Positions 1 through 7,652 of a DNA stretch of 10,859 nucleotides are shown in pieces; positions within the stretch are counted from its first letter, which is position 1, and each line of letters starts with the position of its first letter. The notes under the pieces were generated by a model that had not been told where the DNA came from, made no database searches, and saw only the letters and a list, made by a program, of their open reading frames with translations. The translations under genes were made by a program, and so were the position numbers. This DNA is from Octopus sinensis (Eukaryota): assembly GCF_006345805.1 (NCBI RefSeq), contig NW_021827122.1, positions 1 through 10,859 of the forward strand, written 5' to 3'.

Positions 1-177
1 GTCAATAGCGTTCTAAGCAGATAAGTACAGCGTAACACTTTCCTGTAAATTCCACGCATGACCCATTTATTAATTAGCATGTAATTATTAATTAGGAATG
101 TACTAATCTTCGGATTTTAATATCTTAAAAGTTCATTACAATGTATAGCTCGCGTCCTAAATGTAAATATATATCTA

Positions 178-572
178 TGAGCGGCTGTGAGGTAAGTAGC
201 TTGCTTACCAACCACATGTTTTGGGTTTCAGTCACACTGCGTAGCATCTTGGGCAAGGGTCTTCTAAATATAGCCTCGGGCCGACCAAAGCCTTGTGAGT
301 GAATATATATATATGTTGTGTATATATAATATATATATATATATATACATGCATATATGTGTGGTGTGTGTGTGTTTGTATGTATCTATGTTTGTCTGTT
401 TTTCCCCTCCCCAACATCGCTAGACAACAACATAGTGGTTCGGCAAAATAGTCCGATAGAATAAGAACTAGGCTTATAACGAATAAGTCCTAGGGTCGAT
501 TTGCTCGACAAAAGGTGATGCTCCAGAATGGCTGCAGTCAAATGACTGAAACAAGTAAAAGAATAAAAGAAT
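178..572 (+). mobile_element. tRNA-derived SINE, family A, internally deleted copy
   Basis: Colinear with the reverse complement of 7653-8060: head GAGCGGCTGTGAGGTAAGTAGCTTGCTTACCAACCACATG, body CTTGGGCAAGGGTCTTCT...CCAAAGCCTTGTGAGTG, internal (TA)/(TG) tract, 3' part GTCGATTTGCTCGAC...CAGTCAAATGACTGAAACAAGTAAAAGA. Degenerate A-box (CGGCTGTGAGG) and B-box-like (GGGTTTCAGTC) motifs. Lacks two internal blocks present in the other copy. No TSD seen. Confidence 0.85.
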
Positions 573-631
573 GCTTTGATTTTACAGTGGACTGAAAAAG
601 TGGGATTAACTTGACCATGAGAACGACAACG

Positions 632-863
632 CACATAAACATATATATACATACATACATACATACATATGTACATACATACATACATACATCACGTACA
701 TTACATACATACCTACACACACACATACATACATACATACATACATACATTCATACAACATCATACATACATACGTACATACATACATACACACATTACA
801 TACATACCTACTCCATACATACACCATACATACATACATACATACATACATACATACCATACA

Positions 864-894
<31 letters not shown>

Positions 895-960
895 TTGTGT
901 CCCTGTGTGTGTGCGCGTATGTATGTATGTCTATGTATGTATGTGCGTATCGCATATATG
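632..960. repeat. Degenerate (CATA)n microsatellite (632-892) followed by a complementary (TG)/(TATG)n tract (896-960)
   Basis: Read directly; accounts for the His/Thr/Tyr/Ile and Met/Tyr/Val/Cys ORFs in the track. Confidence 0.95.
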
Positions 961-1306
961 TTTATAAAAAATGTTCGATAGTGACTTCGAAGTTTCGGCA
1001 TCCGTCTTCTGGTAAATGGAACGATTGAAATCGTTGTCAACATTTTCTTTGCAAAAATAAATAAAAATGTTCTCGACTAAAAAGTATAAAGAAAATGAGA
1101 TGAGAAAGGGAAAAACGGCTATATTATGAACTTCATTGGCTTACAGTGGTTTCTGCTACAAACTACAGTGGACTCATTGTTGAGTGCATGAATAACACTT
1201 AATAGCTTCATTAGAGCCTTAGATATAAAGTGCAGTTCATTTGAGGAAAGGAATTACATTTGCGGATATCTATAGAGACAGGCATTACGAGTGAGAAAGT
1301 CAATAC

Positions 1307-1308
<2 letters not shown>

Positions 1309-1352
<44 letters not shown>
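1309..1352. repeat. (GT)22 microsatellite followed by GCGCGT
   Basis: Read directly; uninterrupted alternating purine-pyrimidine run. Confidence 0.97.
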
Positions 1353-1357
<5 letters not shown>

Positions 1358-1712
1358 TTTGCTTTATTTTGTGAAATATATTCTGAAAACTTCGTTCAGA
1401 ATTTGTCATACAGACATTGTCGCTGCTCTGGAAACGTGTTCAGACGTGTTAATTGATGCTATATCATACAAGTATTTCCCTATGTATCACTTTCTTTTTC
1501 GGAGCGTTTGTTTACCGTCTCTTAAAGCAAGAATAATTTAAATAATTTTATCTTCTAACGTATTTCATATACAACTGTAACACCGTTTATCACCTAATAA
1601 CTTACTGAATCAAGTATTATTCTAATGAAAAAAAGAGAAAGTTATTATTGATAAAACATTAGTGACGGGAGACCCACTGTAACAATTTAAAGCAGGTTTA
1701 AGATATATTTTC

Positions 1713-1944
1713 TAGGTGGCAAGCTGGCAGAAACGTTAGCACGCCGGGCGAAATGCTTACCAGTATTTCGTCTACCGTTACGTTCTGAGTTCAAATTCCG
1801 CCGAGGTCGACTTTGCCTTTCATCCTTTTCTGGTCGATTAAATAAGTACCAGTTACGCACTGGGGTCGATATGATCGACTTAATCCGTGTGTTTGTCTTT
1901 GTTTGTCTTCTCTGTGTTTAGCCCCTTGTGGGTAGTAAAGAAAT
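1713..1944 (+). mobile_element. tRNA-derived SINE, family B, full-length, tail type 1, with 19-bp TSD
   Basis: Head GGTGGCAAGCTGGCAGAAACGTTAGC, B-box GAGTTCAAATTCC, core TAAGTACCAGTTACGCACTGGGGTCGATATGATCGAC; homologous to 3131-3534 and to the reverse complement of 9112-9328. Flanked by the perfect direct repeat AGGTTTAAGATATATTTTC at 1694-1712 and 1945-1963. Confidence 0.92.
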
Positions 1945-2041
1945 AGGTTTAAGATATATTTTCATAATTACTAAGTGAGAAGATTTAGTCAATCGATGGT
2001 TGCTGGTCCGATTTCTTTACTGAAGAAATTCAATGAAAAAC

Positions 2042-2166
2042 AATCACAAAAATAAAAAAATCAAAGATTATCGAATAAATCAAATATTGATTGCATAATA
2101 GGAAATAATCACAAAAATCATCAAATATTATCGAATAAATTAAATATTGATCGCATAATAGGAAAT
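2042..2166. repeat. Two-copy tandem duplication (65 + 60 bp)
   Basis: AATCACAAAAAT...ATCAAA(G/T)ATTATCGAATAAAT(C/T)AAATATTGAT(T/C)GCATAATAGGAAAT at 2042-2106 and 2107-2166. Confidence 0.88.
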
Positions 2167-2839
2167 GTGTTAAGAGTATGATTATCACTGTTCTTGCTGC
2201 TTTGGTGTTTAAACATCCAAGTTATTAACCCTGTTCAGGTAAATACACTAAAAGCATTCTGACTATAAACATCCTATCCGCAATTCAGATATAATATTTA
2301 TTTCATACTGTATTAAACTACGTACTCATAAATGCTTAAGACAGAGTAGTTTGATTTGTTGGACATTTTGCTAATATTTCTGGAAGAACCTTTCCGTAAT
2401 CAAGGACTACTATTTAAATGCCTTTTCCCATGCATCCTAAGTACTTTCTTTCAGGAACTCAAGCAGTCCAAGAGACTCAGGTTAAGAAGCGCTCACGTAA
2501 AGACTACATTGCTGGCTCGTTTTTCTTTGCCTGAAGAAGTTGACAGCTCTTCATTATAAACTCGTAAACTGTGTTTTAATATACTCACTTTTAGGAAAAC
2601 TGAACAAAAAAGAAAGGAAAAATCTAATTTTTTTTCTTTTTGTTAGAAACGTGGTGATAATAGAGTGAAAGGAATTGTCTGATAAAGAATTAACAACTTT
2701 ACTGCAAGTTTTTCTCTATAGAATTAATACATTGATGTACATTTTGCTGCCAAATGAATCTTTCCTTCATAACTGTGCTGTTGCTAATTATTCTTTCAAA
2801 TTTAGGCTCAAACCCAGCAAATGTGTAGAGAGCGGAAAA

Positions 2840-2897
2840 TTGATTATATCGATCTCAATGCTCCACTGGTACTTATTTTATCGAGTTCGAAAGGATG
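2840..2897 (-). mobile_element. Degenerate family-B SINE core fragment
   Basis: Reverse complement reads CATCCTTTCGAACTCGATAAAATAAGTACCAGTGGAGCATTGAGATCGATATAATCAA, matching the core of 1713-1944 and 3131-3534. Confidence 0.7.
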
Positions 2898-2926
2898 TTT
2901 CGAGTACAGCCGGAAACCTCTATAAT

Positions 2927-3034
2927 TAGAACGTTGGACAGAATGCCCCACGGTTTTTATTCTGAGTCTCTGTGTTCTGAGTTAAAGTACTGCCGAGGTC
3001 AACTTTACTTCTCATCATTTCAAAATCAATAAAA
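2927..3034 (+). mobile_element. Diverged family-B SINE 5'/middle fragment
   Basis: TAGAACGTTGGACAGAATGC...GTTCTGAGTTAAAGTACTGCCGAGGTCAACTTTACTTCTCATCATTTC aligns to TTAGCACGCCGGGCGAAATGC...GTTCTGAGTTCAAATTCCGCCGAGGTCGACTTTGCCTTTCATCCTTTC of the younger copies. Confidence 0.65.
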
Positions 3035-3130
3035 AAGGACGAACTCAAAGAAGGCGGTGGACTAGAGGACCAGTTAGAAGGTGGTGTGGTCCAAACTGGT
3101 GGTTTTTCTTTGGTTAGAAATCGGTGACAA

Positions 3131-3534
3131 GCTGGCAGAAACGTTAGCACGCCCGGCGAAATGCTTAGCAGTAGTTCGTCTGCCGTTACGTTCTGAGTTC
3201 AAATTCCGCCGAGGTCGACTTTGCCTTTCATATTTTCGGGGTCGATAAATTAAGTACCAGTTACGCACTGGGGTCCATGTAATAGACTTAATCCGTTTGT
3301 CTGTCCTTGTTTGTCCTCTGCTTAGCCCCTTGTGGGTAGTAAAGAAATGGGTAGTTCGTCTGCCGTTACATTTTGAGTTCAAATTCCGCCGAGGTTGACT
3401 TTGCCTTTCATCCTTTCGAGGGTGATAAATTAAGTACCAGTTACGTACTGGGGGTCGATGTAATCAACTTAATCGCTTTGTTTGTCCTTGTTTGTCCCCT
3501 CTATGTTTAGCCCCTTGTGTGCAATAAAGAAATA
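3131..3534 (+). mobile_element. Dimeric family-B SINE (near-full unit 3131-3350 plus 5'-truncated unit 3351-3534) with 15-bp TSD
   Basis: The second unit repeats 3171-3350, restarting at GTAGTTCGTCTGCCGTTAC. The whole dimer is flanked by the perfect repeat AGAAATCGGTGACAA at 3116-3130 and 3535-3549. Confidence 0.92.
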
Positions 3535-3760
3535 AGAAATCGGTGACAATGATGAGGAAAGCTTGCGTGCATGAACAACTGCTGTTCACCTTCAAAGCTT
3601 TTCGCTCAGCTCTGTACCTTCACGATCTAAACTGAAAAATGTCCTATAGGAAACAGAATAAAGTCACATTCCTCCTCATTCATTACTGGATAACCTCCTT
3701 TGGAAAAGAAACACATTCTTTACTGACAAACTGCTTGTTTGTTGTTATTTTTCCCAACAG

Positions 3761-3896
3761 CTTATATCTAATAGTTCGCCTTGTCTAGCAACACTAGCGA
3801 AAGAATGATTATTGTGTTGTGATTCTTTCTGTTTGTGTCGTGTGAATTAATTATTTCACTTCTTAAAAATTAAATATTTTCCTCATTTAACAAAAA
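3761..3896 (+). other. Candidate non-coding internal exon (136 nt)
   Basis: Branch-point match TACTGAC (3721-3727), T-rich tract, CAACAG acceptor ending 3760, and consensus donor AAA|GTAAGT at 3897. Stops in all three frames, so it could only be UTR/lncRNA or terminal coding. Such signals also arise by chance in AT-rich DNA. Confidence 0.3.
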
Positions 3897-4240
3897 GTAA
3901 GTTTTCTCTTCAACTGTGTTTATTTTTTGCTGTTGATATTTTTTTTTTTCTGTTTTTACTCTGTGTTGTTAAGTTCAAAGTTAGTTTTCTTGGGGCGTTC
4001 CCCGCTGTTTTAGCACAAGAAATCTCATTGAAATGAAATGTAAACACACGAAAATAAAATTATAATATATCTGAAAACAGACGCTCTTTGTTCAACCCAA
4101 ATATTTGGGCAAACGTTCACACTGTTCGTGGGGTGACGTGTTTGAAGATATTCGAAAACAGAAAGCTTTACGTTCAGTAAATATAGCAAAAATCCAGTTT
4201 TATCTGAACGACCGAAAAATAAGTGCGTTCTGAGTAAACG

Positions 4241-4244
<4 letters not shown>

Positions 4245-4284
<40 letters not shown>
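4245..4284. repeat. (TAA)n tract 5' of the retrotransposon remnant
   Basis: Read directly. Confidence 0.97.
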
Positions 4285-4285
<1 letters not shown>

Positions 4286-4286
<1 letters not shown>

Positions 4287-4716
4287 TATGTAAACACTAC
4301 AAAACCAACACTCCTGCTTACTGGTGTGAACATCATCCTGAGCCAGTCGTTGAAGGTAAAAATGTCACTATCCTCTGAGATTTTTCTGTCAACACTGATG
4401 GAACCATCAAGGCTAATCGTACAGACATAATTATTAAAGACAAGGAAGAAAATACTTGTAGACTAATAGATGTAAGTGTTCCCACTGATAAAAATATATC
4501 TGTAAAGGAATTTGACATACTAAGTAAATATAAGGATCTAGAAATTGAAAGATGTGGCATCTTAAAGCAAGGATTGTTCCTATTATTGTAGGTGCCCTAG
4601 GTATGATAAAGAAAGGGATGTCTGACAACGTCCCAGGAGAACGATGTCTCCGAGAAATCCAAAAGGTTGTGCTGACAAGTACTATCCACATCCTTAGAGA
4701 AACCCTATCAATTTAA
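4286..4716 (+). pseudogene. C-terminal restriction-like (PD-(D/E)XK) endonuclease domain of a non-LTR ORF, disrupted
   Basis: Manual translation from 4286: ICKHYKTNTPAYWCEHHPEPVVEGKNVTIL*DFSVNTDGTIKANRTDIIIKDKEENTCRLIDVSVPTDKNISVKEFDILSKYKDLEIE; frameshift near 4549; then KMWHLKARIVPIIVGALGMIKKGMSDNVPGERCLREIQKVVLTSTIHILRETLSI* (TAA 4714-4716). Matches REL motifs (LWD, NRPDI-like NRTDI, LIDVSVP-D, KY-DL, PIIVGALG). TGA at 4376-4378 replaces the conserved Trp codon. Confidence 0.87.
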
Positions 4717-4872
4717 ATGTATGTGTTGTATTACATGGAGATATTTCGTTACACCCCCCTGTCACTTCCCCTCCTCAAGCTTTCAGTCATACTGTAACAT
4801 CTCTTATCCATAACTCGCCCTAGGACGCTGGGTGTGTCTCGGCGAGTGATTGTAACAAACATGCAAATTAAA

Positions 4873-4875
<3 letters not shown>
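4286..4875 (+). mobile_element. 5'-truncated non-LTR retrotransposon of the restriction-like endonuclease (REL) type, R4/Dong-like, inserted in (TAA)n
   Basis: Decayed REL-domain reading frame at 4286-4716, ~160-bp 3' UTR with a stem-loop, then a (TAA)n tail; also preceded by (TAA)n. Dong elements of the R4 clade are known to target TAA microsatellites. Confidence 0.85.
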
Positions 4876-4941
<66 letters not shown>

Positions 4942-4945
4942 TAAT
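4876..4945. repeat. (TAA)n tract: tail/target of the Dong-like element
   Basis: Read directly. Confidence 0.97.
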
Positions 4946-5485
4946 ATACCAGGCGGTGACTCTCGTTGCTTCTGATCTTAACTGATTGGAAGTGTTATCA
5001 TGTATATTGTTTTGTCTTGGTATAAAAGATGGGCTACAGCAAATATTCTGCTCAATACCACAGATTTGCTTGTCAGTTGTTTGACCGTAACCAGTTGATC
5101 ATGTCCCTTAGTGGCTGACGATATGTGCATCTCTGATCACGAGCAGAAGTGGGGGAGCATCATAGCCATTTGTTGAGAGGGATTCTTTGGAGTTTGAATA
5201 ATTCACCTCTGGAAACATGAGTGGTTAGTTCAACATCCTTAAACAATCCTTATTCAGGGACCTTTTGAACAGGATGGGTTACTCGACCAGAAGAAAATTC
5301 TAACTGGGCCCCACCTGCAAGGTCACGGTCTGTTTATCTTGATATGAGATCACCATGTAGCGCACATATGGTTGTGATGCATGTGCCTGGTGTACTCTTA
5401 TCAGACGGGTAGTCATGATGAGTATACTGGGCTTCGTATATTTTACCCCTGTTTTACTTTGATGGCATGCACTGCTCTCTCACCC
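4946..5485 (+). mobile_element. Unclassified ~540-bp non-coding element bracketed by (TAA)n; probable 5'-truncated 3' end of a second microsatellite-targeting retroelement
   Basis: Complex block, more GC-balanced than its flanks, with sharp borders at (TAA)n tracts on both sides (4876-4945, 5486-5548), mirroring the adjacent Dong-like remnant. No credible ORF. It resembles an abundant octopus dispersed repeat ending GGCATGCACTGCTCTCTCAC-(AAT)n as I recall it (unverified); only one copy is in this window. Confidence 0.55.
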
Positions 5486-5540
<55 letters not shown>

Positions 5541-5548
5541 TTAATAAT
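5486..5548. repeat. (AAT)n tract
   Basis: Read directly. Confidence 0.97.
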
Positions 5549-6249
5549 GGGGCACTAAAGCAGCTCTGACAAATAATGACATTATAGTATTTACTTTATC
5601 ATCAAAGCAATTCCAAACGATTATAATCTTGTGACGGGCGCGGGGAGCACTGAAAATCGAGAAATAACTACACCGACCTAGCTATTGAACTACCAACATT
5701 ATAGGAACGTATCTATCATTCTATTTATGTATTGATACAGATATAGTGAGATTCAACCATTTCTGTGAAGATATCAACAATTTGCTCAAATTCTTTATAA
5801 GACATCGAGACGTTCTTAAAACAAATTAGCAAGGCTAGGATTTGTAAGATTATTAGGGTATTCCCACTGAGTATTTAATCATATTTGATAAGCTTTAATA
5901 TATCTTCTTAAACCTGTACATCCTCATTCTCCTTGAAAATCCTGTGTAACCTAGAATACTTCTAAGATGTTTCTCATTGTATATACTCGTTAACCTTGAA
6001 TTTTTTTTTTTAACCTTCAGCACTTGGCTCTCCTATCAAGGATGTTATTCACCACCTTCAACACTTCTAAGCATGTTTTTTCAAGATGTACATAGTTCTT
6101 ATTTCAAAAAACAAAAACATCAGGAGTATTTCTCGAATAACTAACAACAACAACAATAATGATGATGATAATTCTTGGGGAGGCTTCTGGTGACCAAACT
6201 TCGGGATAATACTTTTCATAATTAAATTAGCATGCAATAGTATTTTATA

Positions 6250-6251
6250 AT

Positions 6252-6296
<45 letters not shown>
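6250..6296. repeat. (AAT)n tract abutting a SINE 3' end
   Basis: Read directly. Confidence 0.95.
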
Positions 6297-6374
6297 TTTG
6301 GCACAAGGCCAGCAACTCAAAGAATGTGGACAGGTCGATTAAATCGAGTCCCAGTCTTCAACTGGTACTTATTT
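6297..6374 (-). mobile_element. Family-B SINE 3' fragment, tail type 2
   Basis: GGCACAAGGCC...GGTCGATTAAATCGAGTCCCAGTCTTCAACTGGTACTTATTT aligns to 9127-9200 (GGCACAAGGCCTGAAA...AGTCGATTACGTCGATCCAAGT...ACTGGTACTTAATTT). Confidence 0.72.
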
Positions 6375-6435
6375 CACAGTTCTATACTTAAAAGATGAGG
6401 AATTATGTACATTATTAACATTATTTACATTTGAT

Positions 6436-6502
6436 GGGCATGTGGGATAGTGGTTAAGAGTGTGCGCTACTAGCCCCAAGATTCCGAGTTCGATTCCAAG
6501 CA
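6436..6502 (+). mobile_element. tRNA-like SINE head, third family, truncated
   Basis: A-box-like TGGGATAGTGG (6443-6453) followed by TTAAG, and B-box GAGTTCGATTCC (6486-6497) at tRNA-like spacing. The anticodon and acceptor stems do not pair well and it runs into (CAA)n, so it is not a functional tRNA. Confidence 0.7.
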
Positions 6503-6612
6503 ACAACAACACTAATAACATCATCAATAGCAACGACGACGATGACGATGATGTACTAGTAGTAGTAGTGGTGGTGGTGGTGGTGGTGGTGGTAGTAGTA
6601 GTATTAGTAGTA
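6501..6612. repeat. Compound triplet repeat (CAA/CAT/GAC/GAT/TAG/GGT)
   Basis: Read directly. Confidence 0.9.
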
Positions 6613-7045
6613 AAGACGGCTCTTTAATTTAAGTACAAGCCATATACCAGGACCAAATAAATCTACTTCCCTCCCCTCTCCCCCACACACACTTAAGTAT
6701 ATGTATGACCTTGTGATGTTACTAGGAGGACATTCTTGACGTAATTTAGGAGCGAGGATTTGGTAGAATCCTTAGACTAAACGCACTACAAGCACAGTAA
6801 TTTAGTAATAGAGTATTTTGATTTATCCATCTAAGTCTGTGCTTAAATTTCCGCCATTACCTACTTTATTTTTTTAATTCTCCCTTCCAGTCTTAGTAAA
6901 CTATAATTTAGTTATATATTGCATTGTGATCGATTCGTTCGACCACACCCTTCTCGTTAAATGCTCTGTGTGGCCTTGTGCCATATCATATAATATGAAG
7001 TTTTGTATATATTAAAAAACACGTTTCAATATCCGTTTCCTTCAG

Positions 7046-7102
7046 AGATTCCATTTTGAGGCTAGCAACGCAGCCAAAGAATAGACTGTCCGCGTCAAAA
7101 AG
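7046..7102 (+). CDS. Candidate 57-nt coding exon (phase 2-2), peptide DSILRLATQPKNRLSASK; product unknown
   Basis: Acceptor CCGTTTCCTTCAG| ending 7045 and donor AAG|GTAAAA at 7103; only one of three frames is open and it is phase-compatible with 10129-10233. No recognisable domain. Confidence 0.3.
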
Positions 7103-7451
7103 GTAAAATAAACAATTATATAACAGTATCATATTATCTGATAAGCAGTAATCATCAGAGCCTCGAAAACGAAAAAAAAAAAAGTAATAATAACGTTATC
7201 TCCTTTATCAGCAATGGCTAAATGTGTGATATATTTTCTATTACATATCAGCGCCATTGCACGCATGCATAAAACTATCTGAAAACTCGGCTAAGAAAAA
7301 AAATGTTTAAAAAGATTTTTTTTTTTAAATGATTGTTCATTACTTGGAATAGTAGTGTATTATCGTCTTTGGATGATGTTGATAGTTGATGTTGTAGAAG
7401 TAAGTTTAGAAGTCAATGATTGTAGGTTCAATCTCAGATAACAATACCCTG

Positions 7452-7498
7452 TTTTATTTTTATTTTATTTTGTTGTTGTTGTTGTTGTTGTTGCTGTT
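7452..7498. repeat. T-rich run plus (TTG)n
   Basis: Read directly. Confidence 0.9.
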
Positions 7499-7652
7499 TA
7501 TTAGTTCACGAATTAATGAGATCCCCACCCCCATCATCTTTCATGCCTTTTTCAATCAAGTTCTAAGCCATAATGACATGGGTGAGGGAAAATACTCGGA
7601 CGAGCGTTCTTAGATAATAATACAAATACGATAGCGTTTCACATACGTAATA

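Noticed and set aside
386-1043. Six overlapping ORFs (YVCM/HTYI-rich)
   Set aside because: Translations of (CATA)n/(TATG)n microsatellites, which lack stops in most frames.
967-1047. Nested short palindromes (ACTTCGAAGT, AACGATT-GA-AATCGTT) with AAAATGTT/AACATTTT ends, possible pre-miRNA or MITE
   Set aside because: The arms do not pair continuously and no second copy is present.
583-1681. TACAGTGG at 583, 1142 and 1164 and CCACTGTA at 1674, suggesting Tc1/mariner-type TA-CAGTG termini
   Set aside because: Similarity ends after 8 bp with no extended terminal inverted repeat; compatible with chance.
2582-2620. Minus-strand GTGAGTA donor with a possible 11-nt micro-exon
   Set aside because: The same bases also read as a + strand acceptor; no frame or partner exon supports it.
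3074-3382. 102-aa minus-strand ORF; also ORFs 232..417, 7782..7991 and 7826..8074
   Set aside because: Lie wholly or mostly within SINE copies.
4333-4691. Two minus-strand ORFs (75 and 85 aa)
   Set aside because: Antisense shadows of the + strand REL endonuclease pseudogene.
4946-5485. Possible hammerhead or HDV-like ribozyme (CTGACGA near 5116)
   Set aside because: No downstream stem II plus GAAA core could be built by eye; an Infernal scan would be needed to exclude it fully.
6021-6140. Strong acceptor TTTTTAACCTTCAG at 6020 with short open frames (e.g. ALGSPIKDVIHHLQHF*); similar acceptor at 6890
   Set aside because: No good donor and no recognisable peptide; poly-T acceptors are common by chance here.
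6436-6502. Functional tRNA gene
   Set aside because: A/B boxes are present but the cloverleaf stems fail and there is no clean poly-T terminator; treated as a SINE head.
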